DNA of 15,480 nucleotides, taken from the NCBI GenBank assembly GCA_028864975.1, contig JAGWLG010000048.1, forward strand, positions 1 through 15,480. The letters run 5' to 3'. The position numbers were made by a program, and so were the translations under genes. A model generated the notes under the pieces. The model made no database searches and was not told the DNA's origin. It was given only the letters and a program-made list of their open reading frames with translations. This stretch comes from Thermoplasmata archaeon (GTDB lineage: Archaea > Thermoplasmatota > Thermoplasmata > Lutacidiplasmatales > UBA184). Positions 7,988 to 15,353 of the stretch are shown piece by piece (positions within the stretch are counted from its first letter, which is position 1; each line of letters starts with the position of its first letter).

Positions 7988-8395
7988 CTACGGCGATGTG
8001 GTCGATGTGGCGGGAGCGGGGCCACCACCTTCGGCGCGGTCGCGTTCCATCGCGCGCTTGAGCGCCTTCCGCATCAAGCTGATCGTGTTGTTGTAGTGCG
8101 GGACGGTCCGGCCCGTGACCTGTCCCCCCCGCCAGTTCTGCATCGCGACTCGGAGCTGCTCGTGCAGCCCGGGCTCGGCCCGAGCGGCGGGACAGACGGC
8201 GGTGGCAGGGTCGCGGCCTTCCATCGGCTCTGAGCAGACCGAGCAGAGGGATTGGACCCGGATCGGCTCCCCGACGTCCTTGATGGGCATGTCGGGCTTG
8301 GTGCCGTACTGGGCGGCATACATGTTCCGGAACTTGCGCAGGCGCTCCGCCTGCGTGTCGTCGCGCTCCGGTTCCTTCTTCTTGAAAAGGGGCAT
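7988..8395 (-). CDS. Hypothetical protein, 135 aa, with C51xxC54-x13-C68-x9-H78 possible zinc site
   Basis: Fills the gap between the MFS gene and glpK on the same strand. Protein-like composition, unlike the Arg/Pro/Gly-rich shadow ORFs. Preceded by a clear TATA-like TTGATATA. Confidence 0.75.
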   Translation of the reverse strand: MPLFKKKEPERDDTQAERLRKFRNMYAAQYGTKPDMPIKDVGEPIRVQSLCSVCSEPMEGRDPATAVCPAARAEPGLHEQLRVAMQNWRGGQVTGRTVPHYNNTISLMRKALKRAMERDRAEGGGPAPATSTTSP

Positions 8396-8432
8396 GCCGC
8401 GGTCCTGGACGCTCTAGAGGGCAATCCGGCGC

Positions 8433-8440
8433 TATATCAA
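8433..8440 (-). promoter_or_regulatory. TATA-like TTGATATA for the 135-aa hypothetical gene
   Basis: AT-rich patch 37 nt before ATG 8395. Confidence 0.55.
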
Positions 8441-8482
8441 CAATTGGCCAGGCACGGTCAGGGGGGGTCCCCAAGGGGTCGC

Positions 8483-9994
8483 CTACGGAAATGGTCCGGG
8501 CAGGCTCGAGAGGAAGGAGGCCCAACGGCTGCGCTGCTCCCTCCGGTCCTTCGTACTTAGTTGGGGACGCCAGGTGGCCCTCCTGCGGGGAGTGGGCATC
8601 GGGAGGTCCTCGGGTGACCCGAAAACCCCAGCGGTGAGGCCCGCCGCAAGCGCAGCCCCTCTCGCGGTCGCTTCCATGACCGGTGAACGGGACAGGGACA
8701 CGCCCGACAGGTCCGCGACCAGCTGGAGAAGGAGAGAGGAGCGGCTCAACCCGCCATCCGTCCAGAGGAGGGGTGGAGAGCCCCCTCTAGCAGCTTCGTA
8801 CGATTCCAGGATATCTGCGACGCGGTGGGCGATGCCCTCGAAGGCCGCGAGCGCAAGCTCGTTCCGCGACGTGGCCCGCGAAAGACCGAGGAGCGATCCT
8901 CGGGCAAAGGACTTCCAGTGGGGAGCAAACAGCCCCGCGAACGCGGGCAGGAAGAGGAGGCCGTGCTGGGGGTCCGCCTGTCGGGCCGCGCGTTCCAGAT
9001 CGGACAGGCCCTCGAACAACCCGATCCCCTGACCGCAGAGCCAGTCGAGGAACGACCCGGCCGCCCCCACGCCCCCTTCCAGCGCCCATGCGCGTTTGCC
9101 CGATACGTCCTCGTAGAGGATGGTCCGGATCAAGCCTTGTCGACGGCCGGACCCCGCAGGGGCGCCCTCGGCGAGGAAGAACGCCCCGGTACCGAAGGTC
9201 AGCTTGGCGGCCCCACTCCTCAATCCCCCGACGCCCAAGAGGCCCGCTTGCTGGTCGCCGAGGTCTGCGCCGATGGACGACCCCCGGGGGAGCCCGAGCG
9301 AAGCGGACACCTCCCCCAAGACCGTCCCGAACGAGGGCCGGACCTCGGGCAGCGAACCCCGGGCGACGCGGAAGTGCTCGAGCAGGGGGTCGGACCAGCC
9401 ACCCGCCTCGAGATCGTAGAGCAGGGTCCTCGAAGCATTGGATGCGTCGGTGGTCCAAGGTGCGCCTCCCCTCGCTCCTCCCAGGAGCCGGTAGATGATC
9501 CAGGAATCGACCGTTCCTAGGAGCAGGCGCTCCTTCTCGGCCGCCTTACGCACAGACGCATCATGCCGAAGGAGCCAGAGCATCTTAGGAGCGGTGGGAT
9601 AGGTCGTGAGGGGGAGGCCGCCCTTGTCCCACACGCGTTCCCCCCATGCCCCCTGGGAGAGCTCCCGAGCTATGGCCTCGGTACGGGTGTCTTGCCAGAC
9701 AATGACGGGGGCCAGGGGACGTCCGGTGCGCGCGTCGATGGCTACCAAGCTCTCCCTTTGGTTCGTGACCCCGATGACGGGGGCCTCGCCCCTACGGGGG
9801 GCGACTTCCCGCAGGGTACGGACGGCGAGCCGGTAGAGCTCTTCGGCGTCCTGCTCGACCCACCCCGGCCGAGGCGTCCGCGTCCGCTGGCGCGCCGAGG
9901 CAGCGCGGGTCGGTCTGCCCTGCTTGTCGAAGCGCACGCTTCGGACGGAGGTCGTCCCGACGTCGAGACCGATCAGGGGGCGTTCGTCGGTCAT
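8483..9994 (-). CDS. glpK: Glycerol kinase (FGGY family), 503 aa
   Basis: GLDVGTTSVR, PGWVEQD, GVTNQRES, WQDTRT, GTVDSW, TDASNASRT, GDQQAG, KLTFGTGAF, PAFAGLFAPHW and DGG. Residues equivalent to the E. coli GlpK glycerol contacts (R83/E84, Y135, D245/Q246, F270) appear present by eye. Confidence 0.8.
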   Translation of the reverse strand: MTDERPLIGLDVGTTSVRSVRFDKQGRPTRAASARQRTRTPRPGWVEQDAEELYRLAVRTLREVAPRRGEAPVIGVTNQRESLVAIDARTGRPLAPVIVWQDTRTEAIARELSQGAWGERVWDKGGLPLTTYPTAPKMLWLLRHDASVRKAAEKERLLLGTVDSWIIYRLLGGARGGAPWTTDASNASRTLLYDLEAGGWSDPLLEHFRVARGSLPEVRPSFGTVLGEVSASLGLPRGSSIGADLGDQQAGLLGVGGLRSGAAKLTFGTGAFFLAEGAPAGSGRRQGLIRTILYEDVSGKRAWALEGGVGAAGSFLDWLCGQGIGLFEGLSDLERAARQADPQHGLLFLPAFAGLFAPHWKSFARGSLLGLSRATSRNELALAAFEGIAHRVADILESYEAARGGSPPLLWTDGGLSRSSLLLQLVADLSGVSLSRSPVMEATARGAALAAGLTAGVFGSPEDLPMPTPRRRATWRPQLSTKDRREQRSRWASFLSSLPGPFP

Positions 9995-10734
9995 CCGTGG
10001 ATGGGTGGGGCGGCCCCAGGGGTCGACGGGGCCACGGTCAGATAGAGGCGCTTGTTCCTCGCGCCCTTGTTCTCGAGCTTCTCGAGCGAGACCTTCCCGA
10101 CCTCCCGGGTGGAACGCAGGTGCGTCCCTCCGTCGGCCTGGACATCGAACCCATGGATGTCGATGAGACGCACCTCTTGGACATCCGGGAGGAGTTCGGA
10201 GGCGACCCGAACGAGGGAGGGGTCCCGGAGGGCCTCCTCCCGGGAAAGGAACCGTACCTCGATCGGAAGGTCGCGCTCGACGATCCGGTTCATCTCGGCC
10301 ACGACCTCCCCCACGACCTCCTTGCTGAACTCGGGTAGGGAGAGGTCCATCCGGGCCCGGTCGGGATAGATCTGCCCGCCGGTGATCCCGCTGCCGAAGC
10401 GGTGAAAGACCACGCCGCTCAAGATGTGGAGGCAGGTGTGGTAGCGCATGTGCGCATACCGCAGCGCCCAGTCGATGCTCCCACGGACCTTGGCCCCCAC
10501 GGGGAGGGTCTCCCCCTCGACCGCATGGACGATCCTTCCCGCCGACTTCTCGACCCGGGTCACGCGGCGGGCGGTCGCCTCCGGCCCGTGCAGGGTTCCC
10601 ACGTCGCAGGGCTGTCCACCTCCGGCAGGATAGAAGGCCGTCTCGGAGAGCTCGACCTCGCCTGGGCGTGAGGAGGTGACCGTGGCCTCGAACTCACGGA
10701 GGTAGGCGTCCCGAAGGTAGAGCGCGTTGGCCAT
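9991..10734 (-). CDS. alaXM: Alanyl-tRNA editing protein, AlaX-M type, 247 aa
   Basis: LYLRDAYLREFEATV, ETAFYPAGGGQPCDVG, HMRYHTCLH (HxxxH), RARMDL, QADGGTHL and KGARNKRLY. Its stop overlaps the glpK start (ATGA, 9991-9994). Confidence 0.9.
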   Translation of the reverse strand: MANALYLRDAYLREFEATVTSSRPGEVELSETAFYPAGGGQPCDVGTLHGPEATARRVTRVEKSAGRIVHAVEGETLPVGAKVRGSIDWALRYAHMRYHTCLHILSGVVFHRFGSGITGGQIYPDRARMDLSLPEFSKEVVGEVVAEMNRIVERDLPIEVRFLSREEALRDPSLVRVASELLPDVQEVRLIDIHGFDVQADGGTHLRSTREVGKVSLEKLENKGARNKRLYLTVAPSTPGAAPPIHG

Positions 10735-10872
10735 CGCGGGGGAGAACGGCCGTCGTTGAAAAGAGGTACAGGTCCGCTACAGCGGCCCATCACCCCTCGG
10801 ACGGTTTGCGTGAACGCCGCCCAGCGAGGCTCTGCGTGGGGTCGAGGACGAGGCCGCCGGTCCTCGGGAACT

Positions 10873-11928
10873 CTACCCTTTGAAGGCGTAGCTGTAGCTG
10901 GGCGAGACCACCTTGCCACCGTCGACGATGAGATAGTCGCGCTCGAGCGGCTTGCCCGCGAAGAAGCGGGCGAGGCAATCCTGGATCCCGTCCGCGTAGC
11001 GCTTCTGCGCTTCCAACGTCGTACCCGACACATGCGGGGTCATCGCGTGGTTGGGCATCGTCCGCCAAGGATGGTCCGGAGGGGCGGGCTGGGGGTACCA
11101 GACGTCCCCGGCGTAGCCGCCGAGACGACCCTTCTTGAGCGCCTCGACGAGGGCCAGGGTGTCGACGATCCTTCCGCGCGCCGTGTTCACAAGCCATGAC
11201 CCCCTCTTCATCGCGAAGAGCCGATCGCGGTTGAACAGCCCGTCCGTCTCCGGCGTGAGCGGGCAGTGGATGGTGATGGCGTCGCAGCGAGGGATCAGGT
11301 CATCCAAGAGATGGTAACGGACGCCGAGCACCTCCTCTTCCACGGTCGTCAGGCGTCGGAAGTCGTAGTAGAGCAGGTTCACATCGAAAGGACGGAGACG
11401 GATGGCCGAGCGCTGACCGATGCGTCCCATGCCGACGATCCCGACGGTCTTGCCTTCGAGGTCGTGGGCTCGGGAGACCGCCTCGGCGATGTCCCAACGG
11501 CCCTCCAGGACCTGCTTGTACGAGGGGATGAAGTTCCGGCAAAGCGCGAGGATCTGCATGACCGCGTGCTCGGCGACGCTGACGACGTTGCACCCCGTGA
11601 TCTCGGCGACCGTGATGTTGTGAGCGGCGGCGGCTGCCAGGTCGATGTGGTCGGAGCCCACCCCGGCGGTCAGCACCAGCTTCAGATTGGGAGCCTGGGC
11701 GATGCGCTCTTTTGTCACGTACGCGGGCCAGAAAGGGGTGGTCACCAGGACGTCCGTGTCCGGGAGGTGCTTGTCGAGCTTCGCTTCCTTGTCCGTGAGG
11801 ACGACGAGCTTGTGACCCTTGCCTTTCAGGAAGGCGGGGAGCCCCAGGGCATTCTCCGCGGCTCCGAGGAGCTTCGGGTTCGACGTCGCCGCCTTGCCAC
11901 CGGGATAGAGCACGACCACGATCTTCAT
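10873..11928 (-). CDS. fdh: NAD-dependent (metal-independent) formate dehydrogenase, 351 aa
   Basis: MKIVVVLY start, TTPFWPAYVTKERI, TAGVGSDHIDL, GCNVVSVAEH, VGMGRIG, YYD, NTARG, GDVWYPQP (FDH-specific Gln in place of the family Glu) and TPHVSGTTLEAQ. Confidence 0.93.
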   Translation of the reverse strand: MKIVVVLYPGGKAATSNPKLLGAAENALGLPAFLKGKGHKLVVLTDKEAKLDKHLPDTDVLVTTPFWPAYVTKERIAQAPNLKLVLTAGVGSDHIDLAAAAAHNITVAEITGCNVVSVAEHAVMQILALCRNFIPSYKQVLEGRWDIAEAVSRAHDLEGKTVGIVGMGRIGQRSAIRLRPFDVNLLYYDFRRLTTVEEEVLGVRYHLLDDLIPRCDAITIHCPLTPETDGLFNRDRLFAMKRGSWLVNTARGRIVDTLALVEALKKGRLGGYAGDVWYPQPAPPDHPWRTMPNHAMTPHVSGTTLEAQKRYADGIQDCLARFFAGKPLERDYLIVDGGKVVSPSYSYAFKG

Positions 11929-11931
11929 GGG

Positions 11932-11978
11932 ATCACTTTGGACGGACGCCCGAGGGGCTGACCGCGTGCCGGTATAAG
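11932..11978 (-). promoter_or_regulatory. fdh promoter: CTTATA TATA box (11973-11978) and SD-like GTGAT (11932-11936)
   Basis: CTTATA is 44 nt before ATG 11928. GTGAT ends 3 nt before the ATG and matches the 3' part of the archaeal SD consensus GGAGGTGAT. Confidence 0.55.
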
Positions 11979-12094
11979 CAAGTCTCGAGCGACGAGAACA
12001 GGTTCAACGACGCGACCCTCCCGGGGGAGGCGGCTACCCGCGGCCTCGGTGGGAAGGGGCCGCCTCACGCTCCTCACGTCGACCACACCGAGGA

Positions 12095-12100
12095 TTGAAG
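12095..12100 (+). promoter_or_regulatory. TATA-like hexamer TTGAAG for the MBL gene
   Basis: 23-nt spacer to ATG 12124. Confidence 0.45.
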
Positions 12101-12123
12101 TGCGGGGGCCTCTCCCGTCTCGC

Positions 12124-12819
12124 ATGCCCGAGATTCTGCCCGGCGTCCACTTGGTCGAAGGCGTGAACCCCAGCCCGGACTTCACTACCAACGTCCTTCT
12201 GCTCAAGGACGCGAAGGGCGCGACCTGGACCCTTCTCGATACCGGCCTCCCCCCTGGGAAGGCCCCGACCAACGCCATCCCCCAGATCGAAAGCTATCTC
12301 GCGAGGCACGGAACCGATCTTTCCGCTGTTCGGAACATCCTGATCACCCACCTGCACGCGGACCACACGGGCAATCTCAAGGAACTCGCCCGCCGGACGG
12401 GAGCGAAGGTGTTCGCCGGAAGAGAGGAGGCCGAGTACCTCGAGGGTCGGAAGGTCTACACCGGACCGGGGATGCCCCCGCCCGACCGGGTGGACATCCA
12501 TGAGAAGCTCAAGGACGGGGACACGATCGACCTGTTCGAGGGGCTCGTGGCGCTGGCGACACCCGGGCACACGCCGGGGCATACGTCTTACTACTGTCCT
12601 TCTAGGAGGGTCCTCTTCCCTGGCGATTCGGTCTTCAACGTAGGGGGCAAGATCGCCGTGAGCCTGAAGGAGTACACCTTCTCCCCCACGCTCGCGATCT
12701 CCTCCCTGAGGAGAGAGGCGGGCCTCGACGTGGAGAGCGTGGTGATGTACCACGGCGCTCCCGTGCTGAGCGGTGGCGGGGCCATGCTCCGTTCGGCGGC
12801 GCAGTCAGGCTATCCCTGA
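12124..12819 (+). CDS. Metallo-beta-lactamase-fold hydrolase (glyoxalase II-like), 231 aa
   Basis: LLDTG, ITHLHADHTG (HxHxDH), TPGHTPGH, FPGDS and MYHG. Start reassigned to ATG 12124 (MPEILPGVHLV). Confidence 0.88.
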   Translation: MPEILPGVHLVEGVNPSPDFTTNVLLLKDAKGATWTLLDTGLPPGKAPTNAIPQIESYLARHGTDLSAVRNILITHLHADHTGNLKELARRTGAKVFAGREEAEYLEGRKVYTGPGMPPPDRVDIHEKLKDGDTIDLFEGLVALATPGHTPGHTSYYCPSRRVLFPGDSVFNVGGKIAVSLKEYTFSPTLAISSLRREAGLDVESVVMYHGAPVLSGGGAMLRSAAQSGYP

Positions 12820-12837
12820 CCTCCTCACCCTTGGTCC

Positions 12838-14412
12838 CTAGGAGAACAGGTCGGGCACCCTGGGGTCGATCTCGACGTTCAGCAGCGAAGGGCCGCTCGT
12901 ATCCCTGAGCTCCTCCAGAGCGCCTTCGAGCTCCCCCGGCCCCCCGACGGACCGAGCGGGGAGCCCCAGAGCCTTCGCCAGTCCGACGACGTCGAGGTTC
13001 GGGATCTGGAGGGACTCCGCATCGGTGAGAGGAGGATGGTAGGCCTTGGAGTAGCTCCGCAGGATCGCGTAGCCATGGTTGTTCAGGACCAGGACCTTGA
13101 CCGGGATGCGGTAGCGAGCTAGGGTCCAGAGGGCCTGGGGCGCGTACATGAGCGCGCCGTCGCCGATCACCACCAGGGTCTTCTCTCGCCGCAGGCCGAT
13201 CCCGAGGGAGGCCGCGAGCGCCCATCCGAGCTGGCCGCTCCGGTAGCCAAAGTAGCTGTCCTTTCCGCGGTAGAACCCCGTGGCTTTGAGCAGAGGCGTG
13301 TTCGAGATCGCCTCGTCGACGACGGTGTGCTCGGGGAAGACCTTGCGCACCAGATCGAGGACGAACTCCCCGCCCATGTTGGGACGGGCACGGGCGATGC
13401 GGTTGGCGCGGGCGAAGTCTCGAGGATGGCGGTACTCCTTGCCACGGTCCCGGACCCCGGCGGCGACCCTTTTCAGGATCATGCGAGGGTTCCCCACGCA
13501 GGAATGTGAGGCCAGCTTCCCCGCGACGGAGGGGTCCGTCCCCACGTAGAGAACGGTCTTCCCGGCGAGGATCTCAGCGGGGAAGTAGGGGTAGACGATG
13601 AGATCTGCGCCCGCCAGAAGCACGGTGTCGTAGGGGGCCAGAACTTGGTTGATCATGACGCTCGCTGGCAAGAGGTCGCCCACGTAGCTCCCGAGCCCGG
13701 AGGGCACCGGTGAACGAGAGGTGAGAGGTTCCGCGACCACCGGGGCCCCCAGCTTGCGCGAGAGGTTCGCGAGATCGTCGAAGGCATCGAAGGCGTCGAC
13801 CTCGTAGCCAGCGACGATAGCGGGCTTCGTTGACCGGTCGAGGGCCGAGACGATCTCGGAAAGGGAGGAGGGGGTGGCGTCCCCTTCGGGAGCCGGGTCG
13901 GGGGCCGGAACGGGGGTGCCCTCCCAGGGCTCCTCCATGAGGTTCATGGGCAGGCTCACCAGGACCGGCCCCCAAGGCGGCGTTGTCGCTGTGGTCCAGG
14001 CTCGCCGTAGGATGCTTCCGGCCTCTGCGACCTTGGTGACCTCCGCGGCCCACTTCACCCGTCCCGTCACCCAGTTCGGGAAGTCTCCAAAAAGCAGCGG
14101 ATGCTGGTCGAAGTGCCGCTGGTCCTGCTGGCCGACCGTCACGATCACGGGCGAGCGGTTGCGGTAGGCGCTGTCCAGGTACCCCATGGCGTTCCCGAGC
14201 CCGGGGGCGGCGTGGAGGTTGACCAGGCTCGGGCGACGGTCCACTTGCGCGAGCCCATCTGCGGCCCCCATCGCGATGCCGTCCTGCAGGGTCAGGAGGT
14301 AGCGCTGGGGAATGTCCTCGAGGAAAGGGAGTTCGGTCGTGCCCGGGTTACCGAACATCTCCTTCGCGCCCCAGGAGAAGAGCGCGTCGCAGAGGGCGCG
14401 CGCGACCTTCAC
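12838..14412 (-). CDS. ThDP-dependent enzyme, benzoylformate decarboxylase (MdlC)-like, 524 aa
   Basis: FGNPGTTELPFL, LQDGIAMGAADG, NLHAAPGLGNAMG, GQLGW and the ThDP motif GDGALMY...LNNHGYAIL. The GTG start overlaps the upstream gene's stop (GTGA, 14409-14412). Confidence 0.88.
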   Translation of the reverse strand: MKVARALCDALFSWGAKEMFGNPGTTELPFLEDIPQRYLLTLQDGIAMGAADGLAQVDRRPSLVNLHAAPGLGNAMGYLDSAYRNRSPVIVTVGQQDQRHFDQHPLLFGDFPNWVTGRVKWAAEVTKVAEAGSILRRAWTTATTPPWGPVLVSLPMNLMEEPWEGTPVPAPDPAPEGDATPSSLSEIVSALDRSTKPAIVAGYEVDAFDAFDDLANLSRKLGAPVVAEPLTSRSPVPSGLGSYVGDLLPASVMINQVLAPYDTVLLAGADLIVYPYFPAEILAGKTVLYVGTDPSVAGKLASHSCVGNPRMILKRVAAGVRDRGKEYRHPRDFARANRIARARPNMGGEFVLDLVRKVFPEHTVVDEAISNTPLLKATGFYRGKDSYFGYRSGQLGWALAASLGIGLRREKTLVVIGDGALMYAPQALWTLARYRIPVKVLVLNNHGYAILRSYSKAYHPPLTDAESLQIPNLDVVGLAKALGLPARSVGGPGELEGALEELRDTSGPSLLNVEIDPRVPDLFS

Positions 14413-15353
14413 GCCTTGACCTCGTAGAGAGGGTCCTTGCCCGAAGCGAAGCGCAAGACGTTGCGAAGCGCTTCGGTGAGAAGCCGTTCCTGCGCTTCCA
14501 GGGTTACCCCGGCGCTATGGGGGGTGAAGACCGTCGTCGGGTACTTGAACAGCTCATCTTGGAAGTCCGGAGGCTCCTCGGGATAGACGTCCAGTGCAGC
14601 CCGAATCCTGCCTTTCCCGAGCTCCTGTTTAAGCGCGGGGAGGTCGACGAGCTCGGACCTGGCGGTGTTGACCAGGATCGCGTCATCCTTCATGGATGCG
14701 AGCTCCTTCGCACCGAGAATGCCCTTGGTCTCGGACGAGAGGGGCAGATGGAGCGAAATGATGTCGCTCGAGGCGACGAGCTCGGGCAAATCGACATAGG
14801 TCAGCCCGAGTGTGCGCTCCTCGTCTTCCTTCAGACGGAACTTGTCGTAGTAGATTGACGACACCTCGAAGGGGATGAGTCGTCGAGCGACCTCCTTCCC
14901 GATCCTCCCTGACCCCACGATGCCGAAGACCTTCCCAGCGAGATCGTGGCCACCGGTGAGCGGAGGCCAGAAACCCTCTCGCATCCCCTTGTCGATGTTC
15001 CCAAGGTCCCGAAGCAAGGCGAGGGTGACCATGATCACATGCTCGGCGACGCTCTTCGCGTTCGCACCCTGGACGTTGGAGACGCGGATACCGCGCTTCT
15101 GGCAAAGTTCGAGCGGGACGTTGTTGTACCCGGTCCCCGCCACCTGGAGGAATCTGAGCTTGGGATAGCGCCCGAGCGCTTCTTCGGGGATCGGAGTGAA
15201 CGGCGTCAGCGCGAGGATCTCCACCTCGGACATGGGCCCGGGCCCGTCGTCGACCAGTTCTCCTGCGACCTGGACCCCGGGGACAACCGCCTGCAATCGG
15301 CTCTTGACCATATCGACATCGATGAACGACGGGACGACAGCTCGGACCTTCAT
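14409..15353 (-). CDS. D-isomer-specific 2-hydroxyacid dehydrogenase (glyoxylate/hydroxypyruvate reductase-like), 314 aa
   Basis: AGTGYNN, NAKSVAEH, GIVGSGRIG, YYD, and the catalytic triad NTAR / DVYPEEP / TPHSAG. Confidence 0.9.
   Translation of the reverse strand: MKVRAVVPSFIDVDMVKSRLQAVVPGVQVAGELVDDGPGPMSEVEILALTPFTPIPEEALGRYPKLRFLQVAGTGYNNVPLELCQKRGIRVSNVQGANAKSVAEHVIMVTLALLRDLGNIDKGMREGFWPPLTGGHDLAGKVFGIVGSGRIGKEVARRLIPFEVSSIYYDKFRLKEDEERTLGLTYVDLPELVASSDIISLHLPLSSETKGILGAKELASMKDDAILVNTARSELVDLPALKQELGKGRIRAALDVYPEEPPDFQDELFKYPTTVFTPHSAGVTLEAQERLLTEALRNVLRFASGKDPLYEVKA

Noticed and set aside
10353-10364. 12-bp match (GGGCCCGGTCGG) to the tRNA 3' end as a possible att site; also an 8-bp match at 15355-15362
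   Set aside because: The 12-mer lies inside the intact alaX reading frame (PDRARM), both matches are short and GC-rich, there is no integrase, and no obvious compositional shift.
12027-12066. 8-bp GC stem (GAGGCGGC/GCCGCCTC) in the fdh-MBL intergenic region as a riboswitch or ncRNA
   Set aside because: No recognisable aptamer motif, it lies upstream of both predicted TSSs, and such stems are expected by chance at this GC content.
6416-12837. Both convergent gene pairs (HD/MFS and MBL/ThDP enzyme) are separated by exactly 18 nt
   Set aside because: The two spacers share no sequence, and two cases are compatible with coincidence.
12838-14412. Oxalyl-CoA decarboxylase (would pair neatly with FDH) or acetolactate synthase
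   Set aside because: GNPGTTELPF and NLHAAPGLGNAMG are BFD-type signatures; the RHEQ-type motif of OXC/AHAS is absent.
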